Shown piece after piece: positions 50,141-62,330 of a stretch of 64,000 nucleotides of DNA (the stretch's first letter is position 1; each line of letters starts with the position of its first letter). This DNA is from Felis catus (taxonomy: Eukaryota), in contig NC_058368.1 in assembly GCF_018350175.1 (NCBI RefSeq), forward strand, positions 19,966,001 through 20,030,000, read 5' to 3'. Both the position numbers and the translations under genes were made by a program. The notes under the pieces are model-generated. The model saw only the letters and a program-made list of their open reading frames with translations, searched no databases and was not told the DNA's origin.

Positions 50141-51359
50141 CTTTTCGTAACTTTAAAAATACACCAACACACAGGATCGGGTTATGAAAATTAGGTGATT
50201 TTTACAGGGGTTTGCAATGCTCTCGTTATTCATGAATAAACAATTTTGAGCCTGAAGGATCTTGGATAGTTTGACATTCATCATTAAGTGAGATAAACTC
50301 TACCGTTTACCCATTTGCCTGGCAAACTTTTTTTTTTACAGTGCAAAGGTAAACTTGAGTTCGGCCTGGGCCAAATCTCAAAGTCATGCGTCTGAAAGTC
50401 ATGATCGCCCCCCCACCCACCCATGTTTATTTTTGGCTATCAAACTTCAGACCATGAGGCAAATGCCTGTTGCCCTTTTATCAGAGCCAACACTTCCTCA
50501 AGGAGACTGTAACAAGTAAAAATATTGAGTAGAGTAAAAAAGAATGTTGGGGTTTTGTTATTTTCTAAGCTGTGCTCCTCCGCATTATGAGACTTTGCAC
50601 AACTGGAGCTAAGTCTCCAAGGTCACCACACGATGCAACCACATTACAAGGCTGAAATGTGGACTTTCAACTCCATTTTTAAATGACTGCTTTCTTTCCT
50701 AAGGATGTTGTAACAAGGCTCTGAGCTAGGTAGGAGGAGGCATACATTTACTTAAAAAGGAAAAAGGGTCAATTATAAGATGTAGCCTAAAATAGATACA
50801 TTTAGGAGCTCCCCCACCCTTTCTTGGTTCACTTACTAAGACAGCCCACCAGTTTTAAACAAAATATTTTATCATCTTAGGTATTGTCAACAAGGAGATA
50901 ACAGTGTTCGGTTTTGTTCTGACCCTCTTTCGCCTATTCCGTATCTGTTTTGCAACATGCCGGCAGAGCTGGATCAACATAGTAAATGAGATACTTTGAT
51001 GTCCCCGAGGGCTTAAAATTTAGGCCTTTTATTATTAGAAGTGTTTAATGATGATGTAGAGGTTTAAAATAAGAATTTCCCTTTGACAGCTATGAAATGA
51101 CAGACAAACCTACATACTCTGGTATAGCCAAGTGTTGAAATACATATTAAAATTCAGATAAAATGAAAGCAACTCACAAAAAATGTTTTAGTAGTTTCTT
51201 GAAACCTGGTTTATTGACATCGCCTTGAAATCTGTTTATACCTGAGAAAATAAGGCAGGGCATACTTTAAAACACAGTTTATTCATAATGTGAGTATACA
51301 TTTTTACTTCATTAAAAAAAAACAAAAATCTACCATGCCAGCCATTTTTACTTTGGCCA

Positions 51360-51586
51360 TTTTTTTTCTTTAAATTTTTTTTTCAACGTTTATTTATTTT
51401 TGGGACAGAGAGAGACAGAGCATGAACGGGGGAGGGGCAGAGAGAGAGGGAGACACAGAATCGGAAACAGGCTCCAGGCTCTGAGCCATCAGCCCAGAGC
51501 CTGACGCGGGGCTCAAACTCACGGACCGCGAGATCGTGAGCTGGCTGAAGTCGGACGCTTAACCAACTGCGCCACCCAGGCGCCCC
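51360..51586 (-). mobile_element. Young feline SINE (SINEC_Fc-type)
   Basis: Perfect TSD actttggccattt. Confidence 0.96.
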
Positions 51587-52169
51587 TAACTTTGGCCATT
51601 TCCTTGAGAGAGGGCTGGAGGTGGTTAAGAGGAACAGGGCATTGCTAGCACTTTCTAGGCCCTTTTTGTGAAGGAATATGGCCACCTTCAGTAACTAGAG
51701 TTCCTGGTGGCTTTGCTGCAGTGGGAGTTTGCTCAGCTTGACCTGCGGAAGGGAGCAAACTATCAGATCTGAGCAGCTAATAGGTTTGAGAATTCTTTAT
51801 GAAAGTGAAAATGGTACTCCTTAAAAGGAGTAAAAGGATTTTGTTGGATGCATTAGTGAGAAAAATGAAGGGCACTTGAACTTCATTTTTTTTTTTATCT
51901 GTAAAGATCCAATGGATTAAAGAGAGATGTGCTTTTGACTTGAGTTCTTTTCAGAAGAGATAGAAAATATCTTTCCAATGTTGATACTGTTATGCCTAAA
52001 CAAATTCTCCTTCACAGCTGAGATTGGCTTCCAGCAGTGAGAATATTGCCAATGGAGCGATAATGTTGCAGCACGAGCCATAGGCCAGAGCTGGACATGT
52101 GCTACCTTGGAGTTGGGGTGAGGGTTCCAGCATGGAACTGGAAGAGGTGCAATTAGGCTAGCTGAAATA

Positions 52170-52363
52170 ATTTTTTAGAAAGTTTATTTATTTATTTTGA
52201 GAGAGAGAGAGAGAGAGAGCACGCGTGGGAGCGTGAGTGGGGCAGGGGCAGAGAGGGGGAGAGAATCACAGCTCTGTGCCGTCCATCTCACAATCTGTGA
52301 GATCATGACCTGAGCTGAGGTCAAGAGTCAGACGCTTAACCAACTGAGCCACGCAGGTGCCCC
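52170..52363 (-). mobile_element. Can-SINE
   Basis: Antisense copy; TSD tgaaataattt. Confidence 0.9.
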
Positions 52364-53088
52364 TGGATGAAATAATTTAAAGAAGAGAAAGACTTGCATA
52401 CTACAGGCTTAACTATATGTGATGGGATAGATTCAAGAAAAGGGAAAAGTAAGCAAGAAAAAGGCAAAAGAAAAAACCATGTACATGCTCCCTGGCAGAA
52501 CTATGGTAGTTAAAAACTGCAATTTGCAGATATATGTACATATACACACGGACATATACATATATAAAGTTAGGTGCATAACTGAGTTAAGTATTTTGGT
52601 AATTACAGACGAAAAAAAGGCAAACTTTGTGATCAAGGGGCAGTTTGGGTTCAGATTTTATAAATTCGGCTACATTCATTTAATTATTCATTTCTCTATA
52701 CTACAATGCTTTTATTTTCTTGGGTTGTACTTTGAAAAGGAACCTTGAACCAAATACATCTATTTACATCCACAATACATGTATTAGCGTCAAAAGTCAC
52801 AACACTGCTACATGAAAGACAAAGAGGCTAAGTCATATTCACGGGACAATCACGTGTTTAGGGTACAGAGCAGAGGAATCTGATCCACCTTTGAATTGTA
52901 GCCCCTCAGTCCCTGTTTGGGACACTTAAGAATCTCTCTGATGTCTCCTTTCCATGTGATTTCCCCTTACTGGAGTATTAGCGTCTCAGAGTTGTTGTAA
53001 AGATTGTGAAATACAAGTATTTGTAAAGCACTAAGCATGATGACTCCTAGATGGACTTTTAAAAAGGCTAGATTCCCTTCCTTTTATT

Positions 53089-53133
53089 ACACACACACAC
53101 ACACACACACATACACACACACACACACACACA
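53089..53133. repeat. (CA)n microsatellite
   Basis: Direct observation, with one interruption. Confidence 0.95.
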
Positions 53134-53155
53134 CCCCTCTAACATTTAGTTCATT

Positions 53156-53376
53156 TAAAAAAATTTTTTTCAACGTTTTTTATTTATTTTTGGGACAGAG
53201 AGAGACAGAGCATGAGCGGGGGAGGGGCAGAGAGAGAGGGAGACACAGAATCGGAAACAGGCTCCAGGCTCCGAGCCATCAGCCCAGAGCCTGACGCGGG
53301 GCTCAAACTCACGGACCGCGAGATCGTGACCTGGCTGATGTCGGACACTTAACCGACTGCGCCACCCTGGCGCCCC
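53156..53376 (-). mobile_element. Young feline SINE (SINEC_Fc-type)
   Basis: TSD catttagttcattt. Confidence 0.96.
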
Positions 53377-53939
53377 ATTTAGTTCATTTTAAAGAAAGTT
53401 TTAAGGCAATGGTTTATGTGAACTTTTTTTTTTCCTACTCATTTCAAAACAATTTACATAGTAATAGTCCAGTATAACACAGTAATGGATTGTGCTTGAG
53501 CTTTTTGTGTTATCATGGGATTGACTGGTACATACATGATATTTCCTATAGATGAGGCAGATGTTAACTTTAGGTATTTTTATATCTATGAAATTCTGCT
53601 AATACTTTTCATGTTAAAAATGGTTAATTTTCTTATAAAATACATATTTTTCTTTTTTTTTTTTCTTCTTCTTGTTGCTTCACAAAATGAAGTACCTCAC
53701 ATAAAACTTCTGGTATTGCCAGTCTAACGGCAGTGCTTATTACAAACTAGAAATTCTTACAACTGAAGTCAGAAACCCAGTGATTCCCACAGATACATCT
53801 TTTGAAGGTCAAGGTCTTTACTTAACAATGAATATATGAATAATACAAATGGATATTTGTGGTAGATTTAATGGTTCAATAGATATTTTCTCAACCTATC
53901 ACTAATTTGAACATGATTTAGTTATGATAAAAACTACTT

Positions 53940-54053
53940 TCTCTCTGTCTCTCTTTTTTTAAGTAGGCTCCATGCCCAATGTGGGGCTTGAACTCACACC
54001 GTGAGTTCAAGAGTCGCATTCTCTGTCTACCAACAGAGCCAGACAGGCGCCCC
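53940..54053 (-). mobile_element. Short Can-SINE
   Basis: gtggggcttgaactcacaccgtgagttcaagagtcgc...caggcgcccc. Confidence 0.88.
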
Positions 54054-54420
54054 ATGATATAAAGTTCTTTTAATGATAATTAAATACAATAAATGTTTTC
54101 CAACTCAGAGAGAAAGTGTCATTTGCATTTCAGATTTTTGAGACTATTGACCATTGTCCAGAATGATGATCTGGTTACTCAAATGAATTTTTAAAAGTTG
54201 CCATACCAATATTTTAGTGCCAAATGCAAGTTTAGTAAAAATTTGTTTTTCTCCTAAAACTTATTTTATTACCACACTAGATTCTTTACACGTATAAAAC
54301 CCTTCTTTGTAATTACTACGGAAGAAATCTGGAGGCGTCACCGCTGGTTTCATTTTTTTCAGAGTAAGAGCTACCGATTTTTCAGCGTCTACCGGGGGCC
54401 AAGCGCATGCCAAGCACCGC

Positions 54421-54655
54421 ACTTACCTTCTTCTTAATCTTGGCAACGGTCCTGCAGTGATAAAGACTCCTGGTTGCCCTCCCAACACACAGTGCAGCCA
54501 CTATGCAGATAAGAGGGGCCAAGTAACACAGCTGGCCAATCAGATCGACGAGGAAATTATTAAGTGTGGTGCCAGAAAATCTCTTTTCAAAGCAAGTCCA
54601 GATCAGCTGACGTGCTTTCTTTTCTTCTTCCATTTCTTCTGCCAATGCAGACCTA
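54421..54655 (-). promoter_or_regulatory. Candidate GATA/CCAAT promoter with first exon (or internal exon) ending at a strong donor
   Basis: Minus-strand donor AAG|GTAAGT (exon end 54427). Plus-strand motifs: TGATAA 54458, AGATAAG 54507, CAGCTG 54529 and 54604, GCCAATCAG at about 54535, TGACGT 54608. Confidence 0.4.
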
Positions 54656-55558
54656 CAATATTTGAGGTGAAATAGCTAACTGCCAGGTAACAAGAATGCA
54701 TTAAGATGGGCTGGACAAGAAAACAGAGAACGCCTCACGTTCTTAATGACGTTCTAAAACTTAGATTGGACAAATGAGGCCCGCCTGGACTGTCTTCCAC
54801 TGGTATATGTGATAAAAATAACCCTTGTTTTTCAGGTTTCTTATTTATGGATGAATGCAGTTCTCAACCAATTCACCTGCAAAGAAAACATTGACCTTTC
54901 CGTGTCTGAGAGGAGGCAACCAAGCAGGTAGAAAATAGGATAATAATTGGATGCTCAGGCATCAGAATCATTAATGATCTGATTCAAAAGTGCTTTGAGA
55001 ACTTTGGATTAAAAGTGCTGTATAGCATAGGGGAGATACAAACATTTCCCTTAATTTTAATAAATTTTTTACCTTGGACAAGTGTCTTTGACCCTAGTCC
55101 TCAGTGTACTTATCTTTAATACAAGAAAATTGTGCCCGATTATGTCTAAGAGTCCTTAAAGACAGAACTATTAAAATGCTGTACATATTGGCCTATAAAA
55201 AAGCAACAGCAACAATCCGGCCCTCAAAAGCATGATTCCGGGCAGTCTTATGAATGCTAGTGAGCTATTAGTGTTCACAATGCAAAAACTGAACACATAA
55301 GAGTCATGCTATCCCTAAGATTTAGAGGAATAGCCTAATCAAACAGGTAGCGTTATACTCTGTACAGAGGTTTCACAGAAAAGTGCCAAATGGAGTCACT
55401 AAAAGAACATGGACTCCCGTCTTGAATTTTGCTTTACTAGACAGATTGTGCTTTTTTAGAAAGAAGGAACGAAAGTGCTCTACAAGTACAATACAGATAG
55501 AGTAAAAGCATTCTCATCCAACACCGGTACTGTTGGTGAATTGAAAATGTACAGAAAA

Positions 55559-55773
55559 GGGGCACCTGGGTGGCTCAGTCGGTTGAGCATCCGACTTCGG
55601 CTCAGGTCATGATTTCTCAGTCTCTGAGTTCGAGCCCCGCGTCGGGCTCTGTGCTGACAGCTCAGAGCCTGGAGCCTGCTTCGGATTCTGGGTCTCCCTC
55701 TCTCTCTGCCCCTCTCCCGCTCACACTCTGTCTCTCTCTCAAAAATAAATAAACGTTAAAAAAAAATTTTAAA
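55559..55773 (+). mobile_element. Can-SINE
   Basis: Full copy; TSD-like acagaaaag. Confidence 0.95.
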
Positions 55774-56544
55774 GAAAAAGCACAGAAAAGAAAAACGATG
55801 CTACATACCTTCAACTTTTAATTTTAACCTGAACTACATTTCATTTGTCAATCTTTTGAAATGCAAAATATTTGTAGATTTTTACGTTTTCTGGGCTTTT
55901 GTAGTTTCCTTGCTTGCATCCCATTTGATAGCAATTTCTTCAGTGACTTGTTTACATTCCATTGGTTTATACAATATTGAATTAATTAACAGGATTATAA
56001 CGACAAGTTCAGCTGGTATACAGGGACTTGAGGGAAGAAGCCTGGAGCTTGCAAGGAGAGTGGACGTTCACAATTATATTAAAGGGAATTCTACTACTTT
56101 TGAGTATATACCATACTGTGGGCATGTTTTAAAGAGGGAACAAGGGGCATCATTTAATCTGGCAAATTAAGTGGATGTCATGAGAGCTCCTATGTGCCCA
56201 TCAGCAATGATAGATGCTGCATAATAACAGGGTAAGATATTTTACTCACCGTTTTAGAACATGGGTCTGTGGAGGCTAGTGAACTAAATATTAAAATGAC
56301 ATTCTCACTAATATCCTAGAAGCTCTCACCCCTTTATCCTTTCCATCTTCTTCCTAGGAGCAAATTCTCCCCTTGTAAGAGATTTTGTGGATGGGTCTCC
56401 CTGTCGTTTTCCTCGGTGCCCGAGTCTCCACCTTGGTTTCACGCCAGGTGTCCCGGTTCTTCATCTTCGCAGGGAGTGGAGCTCCGTCCCCAAGCACCAA
56501 TTCCCACCGAGGGGTCAACGATAACTCCTTCCAGACTTCCCCGG

Positions 56545-56750
56545 AATCATGCCTCTGAAAGCAGATCCAGGTTCTCGTGCTCTTCTGCTTTGTGACTTTG
56601 AACTATGTTCATGAATATTACTTGGTCTCCTGATTCCTTTTCTGAAAAAGTAATAACACTTAGCTGGCAGGTTTGTTAGAAGATTAAATGATCGTGGGGA
56701 GCTCTAGCAGAGTGCCTGGCACAAGCAGGCAATGAAATGTTTGTTTTCTT
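56545..56750 (+). mobile_element. MIR
   Basis: tgtgactttgaac...ggtttgttagaagattaaatga...agcagagtgcctggcaca. Confidence 0.65.
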
Positions 56751-56940
56751 CCCATTTCCTCGACGCCAGTAACATTTGGTCTTTACCCATTCACATCACT
56801 CTCCTGACTCTAAGCTCTGACCACTTATAGGAATGTTGGTTGGATTTTTCCGAGCTTGATCACCTGCCTGTCAGAATCTTTGCCCACTGAGAGTCCAGAT
56901 GATCTGCTTGCTTGTCCATACTGTTCCCTATTTTTTAAGG

Positions 56941-57143
56941 GTATTTTTTTTAGGTTTATTTATTTTGAGAGAGAGTGCGTATGAGAGTGCATGCACTGGA
57001 GGGGCAGAGAGACAGGGAGAGAAGAGAGAATCCCAAGGAGAGCGGAGCCTGGTGCAGGGCTTGAACTCAGGAACACTGGGATCATGACCTGAGTCGAAAT
57101 CAAGAGTCCAATGCTTAACCGACTAAGCCACCCAGGTGCCCCA
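56941..57143 (-). mobile_element. Can-SINE
   Basis: Antisense copy. Confidence 0.9.
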
Positions 57144-57343
57144 TTCTATACGGTCCCCTATTAGCACTAAAGGGATTTCCCTGGAGCATTCAGCTTAGCC
57201 CTGGGTGTCACTGGTCAGAGTGGGTGGCCATCCGTTTCCCACAATTCGCTCAGCAAACATCCTTTCCGCCTCTGAATTTCTCTGTAATTCTTCTTCTGTC
57301 ATTTGACATACACACGTTAAACCTTTAGTACTAGGTACTGGCG

Positions 57344-57850
57344 TGTTAGGCAAGGTTCTCCAGAGAAACAGAACCAAGAGAAACAGGAGAGAAAGAGACA
57401 CAGAGACAGAGAGAGAGAGAGCATAAAAAATTGGCTCACGTAATTATGGAGGTAGAGGAGTCCTGAGACCAGCAGCTGGCACACTGGAGACCCCGGGGAG
57501 CTGATGGCATACTTCCAGTCCTCCACTCAGCAAGCTCAGTACCCAAGAAGAGTCCGTGTTTCGGTGCTGAGTCTGGCCGAAGGTAGGAAAGGACCAAAGT
57601 CCCAGCTGGATGCAGTCAGGCAGGAGGAGTGCCCTTTTACTCATGGGAGGGTAAGTCTCTGTTCAGTCAGGTCTTCCATTGGCTGAAGGCTACCTACTCT
57701 AAGGAGGGCCATCTGCTTTACTTAATCTAGCCATTCAGATGTTAACGTTATTCAAAACATCCTCACGGACACACCCAGAATAACATTTGACCAAATTTCT
57801 GGGCACCCCATGACCCAGTCAAGTTGACACAAAAAATTAACCATGGTACA
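57344..57850 (-). mobile_element. MLT2 (ERVL) LTR
   Basis: tgttaggcaaggttctccagagaaacagaacca...cacggacacacccagaataacatttgaccaaatttctgggcacc...aagttgacacaaaaaattaacc. Confidence 0.88.
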
Positions 57851-58019
57851 AGGCACTGTGCTGGGCATTGTTCATATTCTTGTCATTATTTCTGGTCTCA
57901 GAGAAGTCAGTACCCCTTCTTTCACATCCCAATGTTCCCACCTATGCTCTTGACCCTGTCTTTCCTGATCCTGAGACCCACCACACCTCTTTCACACCTT
58001 CAGTTTTCCTCTGCTCTTT

Positions 58020-58660
58020 TTTTGTCTTTTTTAAAATAATTTTTTAATGTTTACATTTGAGAAAGAGAGAGAGAGAGCACTAGTGGAGGATGGGCAAAGA
58101 GATGGAGACAGAATCTGAAGCAGGCTCCAGGTTCTGAGCCTGACACGGGGCTCGAACCACAAGCTGTGAGATCATGACTTGACCTGAAGCCGGACGCTTA
58201 ACCCACTGTGCCACCCAGGCATCCCTTTTTTCTGTCTTTTTTAACAAATGTTTGGGTGCCTGGGTGACTCAGTCGGTTAAGCGTCTGACTCTTGATTTCA
58301 GCTCAGGTCATGATCTTGCAAGTTTTGTGGGTTTGAGCCCCACATCAGCTCTGTGCTAATGGCTGACAGCACAGAGCCTGCTTGGGATTCTCCCTTTCTC
58401 CCTCGCTCCTTGCCCCTTCCCCGCTCATGCTCTCTCTGTCTCTCTCAAGATAAATCAACCTAAGTAAATGTGTATTTATTTATTTTGAGACAGTGTGGGG
58501 GAGGGGCAGAAACAGAGGGAGAGAGGGAGAATCCCAAGCACGTTCCTTGCTTTTAGCGCAGAGCCCAACGTGGCACTCAGGACTCAATTTCACGAACTTT
58601 GAAATCATGACCTGAGCCAAAATCAACAGATGCTCAACAGACTGAGCCATCCAGGCGCCC
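58020..58660. mobile_element. Nested Can-SINE trio: minus 58020-58225, plus 58254-58465, minus 58470-58660
   Basis: Three heads in alternating orientation; outer repeat cctctgct(c/t)ttt at about 58008 and 58663. Confidence 0.92.
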
Positions 58661-59168
58661 CTCCTCTGCTTTTTACCTAAAAACATGTTTGGGTTTTTCC
58701 TTTACCTTAAAATAAAAGTTCTCTTTGGTCCTTTGAGCTACCTACCATCCCATCTCCTTTTTTAGTGCAAAAAGAGTTTATATTTTCTGCCTTCTATTGA
58801 CTAAAATCCCTAGTGATCTAATTTACCTTATTTCTCCTGTGTCCATATTCCTCTAACAAGACCCTTATAAAAGTCAACAATGGCTTTCTCAAACCTGACA
58901 GTTTTTGTTCAGCCTCTACTTTATTTGATACTTCAGTAACTTTTGAAAATGCAGTCTCCTTTCTGAAATTCTCTTTCTCTTTACTTTGGCCAAATTGGTA
59001 CCTGGTTGTCCATCTTTTTTCCTGCTAAGCGTTTGCTTCTCTTTCTTGGCCTGTCCTCTTAGGTAAATGCTCCTCATAGCATTTTTTAACTTCTTTTTTT
59101 GGCATTTATCAAATTCCACTCCCTGTTTTAAGTATTTCCATAGTACAGGCTTAAAAGGGAAACACCTA

Positions 59169-59380
59169 GGGGCGCCTGGATGGTTCAGGTGGTTAAGCAA
59201 CCGATTCTTGGTTTCTGCTCAGGTCATGATCTCACGGTTCATGGTTTGTGGGTTCAAGCCCCACATCAGGTTTTGTACTGGCAGTGCAGGGCCTGCTTGG
59301 GATTCTGTCTCTCCCCTTCTCTCTCTGCCCCTCCCCTGCTCATGCATTGTCTCAAAATCAATAAACTTAAAAAATAAATA
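59169..59380 (+). mobile_element. Can-SINE inside an L2 fragment
   Basis: TSD aaaaggg(a/t)aaca(c/t)ctag. Confidence 0.93.
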
Positions 59381-59609
59381 AAAGGGTAACATCTAGTCCT
59401 ACCACTTCTTATTCCTCTTCCCTGCTTTTTCTGCAGAGCATTTATAAATATATGATGTAATCTATAATTTACGTATATATTGTTTCTCTTTCTCCTTCCC
59501 CACCACGAGGGCAGGGATTTGGGACTATTTGTTCACTAATGTATCTCAAAAATCCAGAGCAGTAGGTAGTGTTCAAATAGTAGTTGTTGAAAGATTACAA
59601 AGATTTAGG

Positions 59610-59990
59610 TATAGGGCTGTTTAATGCATCATTATTTATAAAAGTAAAACATCTAGACATAAACAAAATATTTACTAATAAGAGGAAAGTAAGTCATGAT
59701 ATAGCCATGGCATGGGATAGTCTACATTTATTAAAAGTCATATTTAAAAATGATTGCATGAAAAATGCTCACATTATATTAAGTAGAAAAAAAAGCAAGA
59801 CAGGAAGCATATTAAAAAGCATATTAAAGCATATTAAAAAGACCCCAATTTAATATATAAAGGAGATATATACTAAAATGTTATCAGTGGCTCTGTCCAG
59901 GTAGTGAGATTAAAGTGATTTTTATTTTTCTATTATTTTCGTATTTGGTACATTTTTGACACATTCTTTTAAGTGAAATGTGAAGATAGA
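59610..59990 (+). mobile_element. Old L1ME-like 3' fragment
   Basis: aaaatgttatcagtggctctgtccaggtagtgagattaaagtgatttttattttt. Confidence 0.55.
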
Positions 59991-60772
59991 ACATTGTAAA
60001 GCTTTGAAGAAAAAAGTGCTTTTTCATTCAGTTGCTATATTCTATTCTAACTGGTCTGAACTCACTTCAATTAGAGATACAATTTGCACTTATCTTGTGG
60101 CACTGATTGTATTTTGCCTACTATTATATATCTTTATGTCTTCTACTAGGCTCTATACTTTCTAAAGTCAGAGAGCATGTCTTATTTATAATTTTCAATG
60201 CCTACAACACCTGTCTACATTCAATAACTGAAAGAAAAGATATTTAAAATGTTTTAATAGCTGGGAATAATACATAGTGTTAGTTGCTTAGGGAAACCAT
60301 TAAATTATGTAATTCTTAAATATTGCTCTGATGTGCTTCATGACTGCCTTCAAAACACTAAGGTTTAAAGCTATAATAGGACAAGCATTTTAAGGGTTTG
60401 GCCTACCTCTCTGTTGCTTTTATTTACATACGTATTTTTTAGTTGTTGGTACATTAGATGAAAACTTTTGATTCTCGAGTAAATCTGGGCATGCCCATAG
60501 GCTTCAGGGGCTGACACATTAAGTTAGTTAGGCTAGGTTGGTAAAACAAAGAAAGAATGTTACAAATGGATCCAAAACACATGGCTCAAACACAAGTTTA
60601 TTTCTTGCTCTTAAGGGTGGGTGTTCTTCCTTGGCAGGCAGGTTTTCTCCACACATTTAGAGTCACAGTGCCTTCCATTTTATGCCTTCCCAGGTGGTAC
60701 ATGGCCACTGGATGCCAGCTGTATTTACTAATCTCTGACTCTGGTACTTAGGTTGTAAGTTCAGTGAAGTCA

Positions 60773-61004
60773 TAGAATTGCCAGATTCAGCAAAATAAAA
60801 ATACGGGACACCAGTTAAATATGAATTTCAGATAGACAACACATAATTTTTTCCTATGTGTTCCAGATAACATTCGTAATTACATGTTCCCATGTAATTT
60901 GTAATAATATGTCAAATTACTAAATTTGTGACATCACTAAACAGTTATGCATTATCTGAAATTCTGAGTTGATTGTGAGTCCTGGATTTTATCTGGCAAC
61001 TCTA
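60773..61004. mobile_element. MER53 palindromic MITE
   Basis: tagaattgccagattcagcaaaataaaaatacgggacaccagttaaatatgaatttcagata...tatctgaaattctgagtt...gtcctggattttatctggcaactcta, with MER53-type inverted termini. Confidence 0.85.
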
Positions 61005-61257
61005 TGAGGGTAGGGATTAGGTCTATCTCATTTAGCACTGAATCCCCAGAATCTAAAACAGTACCTATTGACCTGAAGACAAGTAAGTGTCTCAATAATA
61101 TTTCATGAATAATTGAACCTATGTCAGCAAAGAATACGTATCAGAATACTGCTATTAATAAGAATATAATTATCAGCAAATCATTATTAATTACACTTGT
61201 TATGAATAACAATACTTATTAAGCATCAACAAAGAAAACTAACCAGCAGATAAGACT

Positions 61258-62168
61258 TTAATATGTATTAGCATTTCAAACCACAAATGTTTTCCTCAAC
61301 TTCAGTAAAGTAAATGGATAAACTCTGGCTTCCCCTAGAGATCGGCTCAGCTCTCTCTCTCCTTTCTTTCAGGTCTCTGCTCAAATGTCATTTTCTTAAT
61401 GAGGTCTTTTCTGCTCTCCATATCTAAAACCACAACACTCCTCCCTCTGCATCACTCTTTTCCTTTCCTGCTTTATTCCTCCTCCTTAGCACATGGAGTA
61501 CACTTGGCATAGGATTACTCATTGACCTTGTTTATTGCCTACCTCTCCCACTAGAATGTAAACTTCATAAGGACAGGCATTTTCCTGTGCTTTATTCACT
61601 GCTAAATTCCCAGCTCCCGCACATACTAGAGAGGTATTTGTTGAACAAATGACTGAGAAAACACCATTGGTTATTATTGGAATCTACAGTTATAGTTCGA
61701 TGATATTCACTTTACATGACACAAGATGGATTGAATGTCAAAATAGATGATTCTGCCTGCATCCACTCAGTTCACCAAGTTCTGTCAATTCTAGCACCTC
61801 AATGTCTTTTGGACCCTCTCCTTTCTTTCCTGGTGCCACTTCCCCAGGAGTAGTGAGGCAGAAATTGCCTCACCGGTCTCCTTGCCATGGTCTTTCCGTT
61901 CTAATCATTCCTTTCCAACTGTTTACTGAAGTCATCGTTCTAAAATGAGAATGTGATTATATCACTCCCTTCCCCCCAAACTTGGTTTCCCTATCACCCA
62001 AAGATAAAATTCAAAAGTTCCTAGTTGGACATGAAACCCTCTCAGAGGGTTAATACGTATTAGCATTTCAAACCACAAATGTTTTCCTCAACTTCAGTAA
62101 AGTAAATGGATAAACTCTGGCTTCCCCTAGAGATCGGCTCAGCTCTGTCTCCCCTTTCTTTCAGGTCT
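61258..62168 (+). repeat. 119-bp dispersed direct duplication (61258-61376 and 62050-62168)
   Basis: Manual alignment gives 3 mismatches in 119 bp, offset 792 bp. Confidence 0.95.
61330..61655 (+). mobile_element. L2 3' end
   Basis: ttcaggtctctgctcaaatgtca...cccactagaatgtaaacttcataaggacagg...tatttgttgaacaaatga. Confidence 0.8.
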
Positions 62169-62330
62169 GGCCTCAATTCCACCACACGTCCACACACATG
62201 TCCCATTCCCATATGATTTCTATCTGAGTGCATATCACTTCCTTTGTGAGATCAGCTGCTCTATCCCCAGTGCTCACAGAGCTCTTTGTGTATTCTAACG
62301 ATGCTTATTTTAAGAGCTACCAGCACTAAA

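Noticed and set aside
59805..59842. aagcatattaaa x3 repeat as a CRISPR-like or functional array
   Set aside because: A small tandem slippage repeat within an old L1; no spacers, and the context is eukaryotic.
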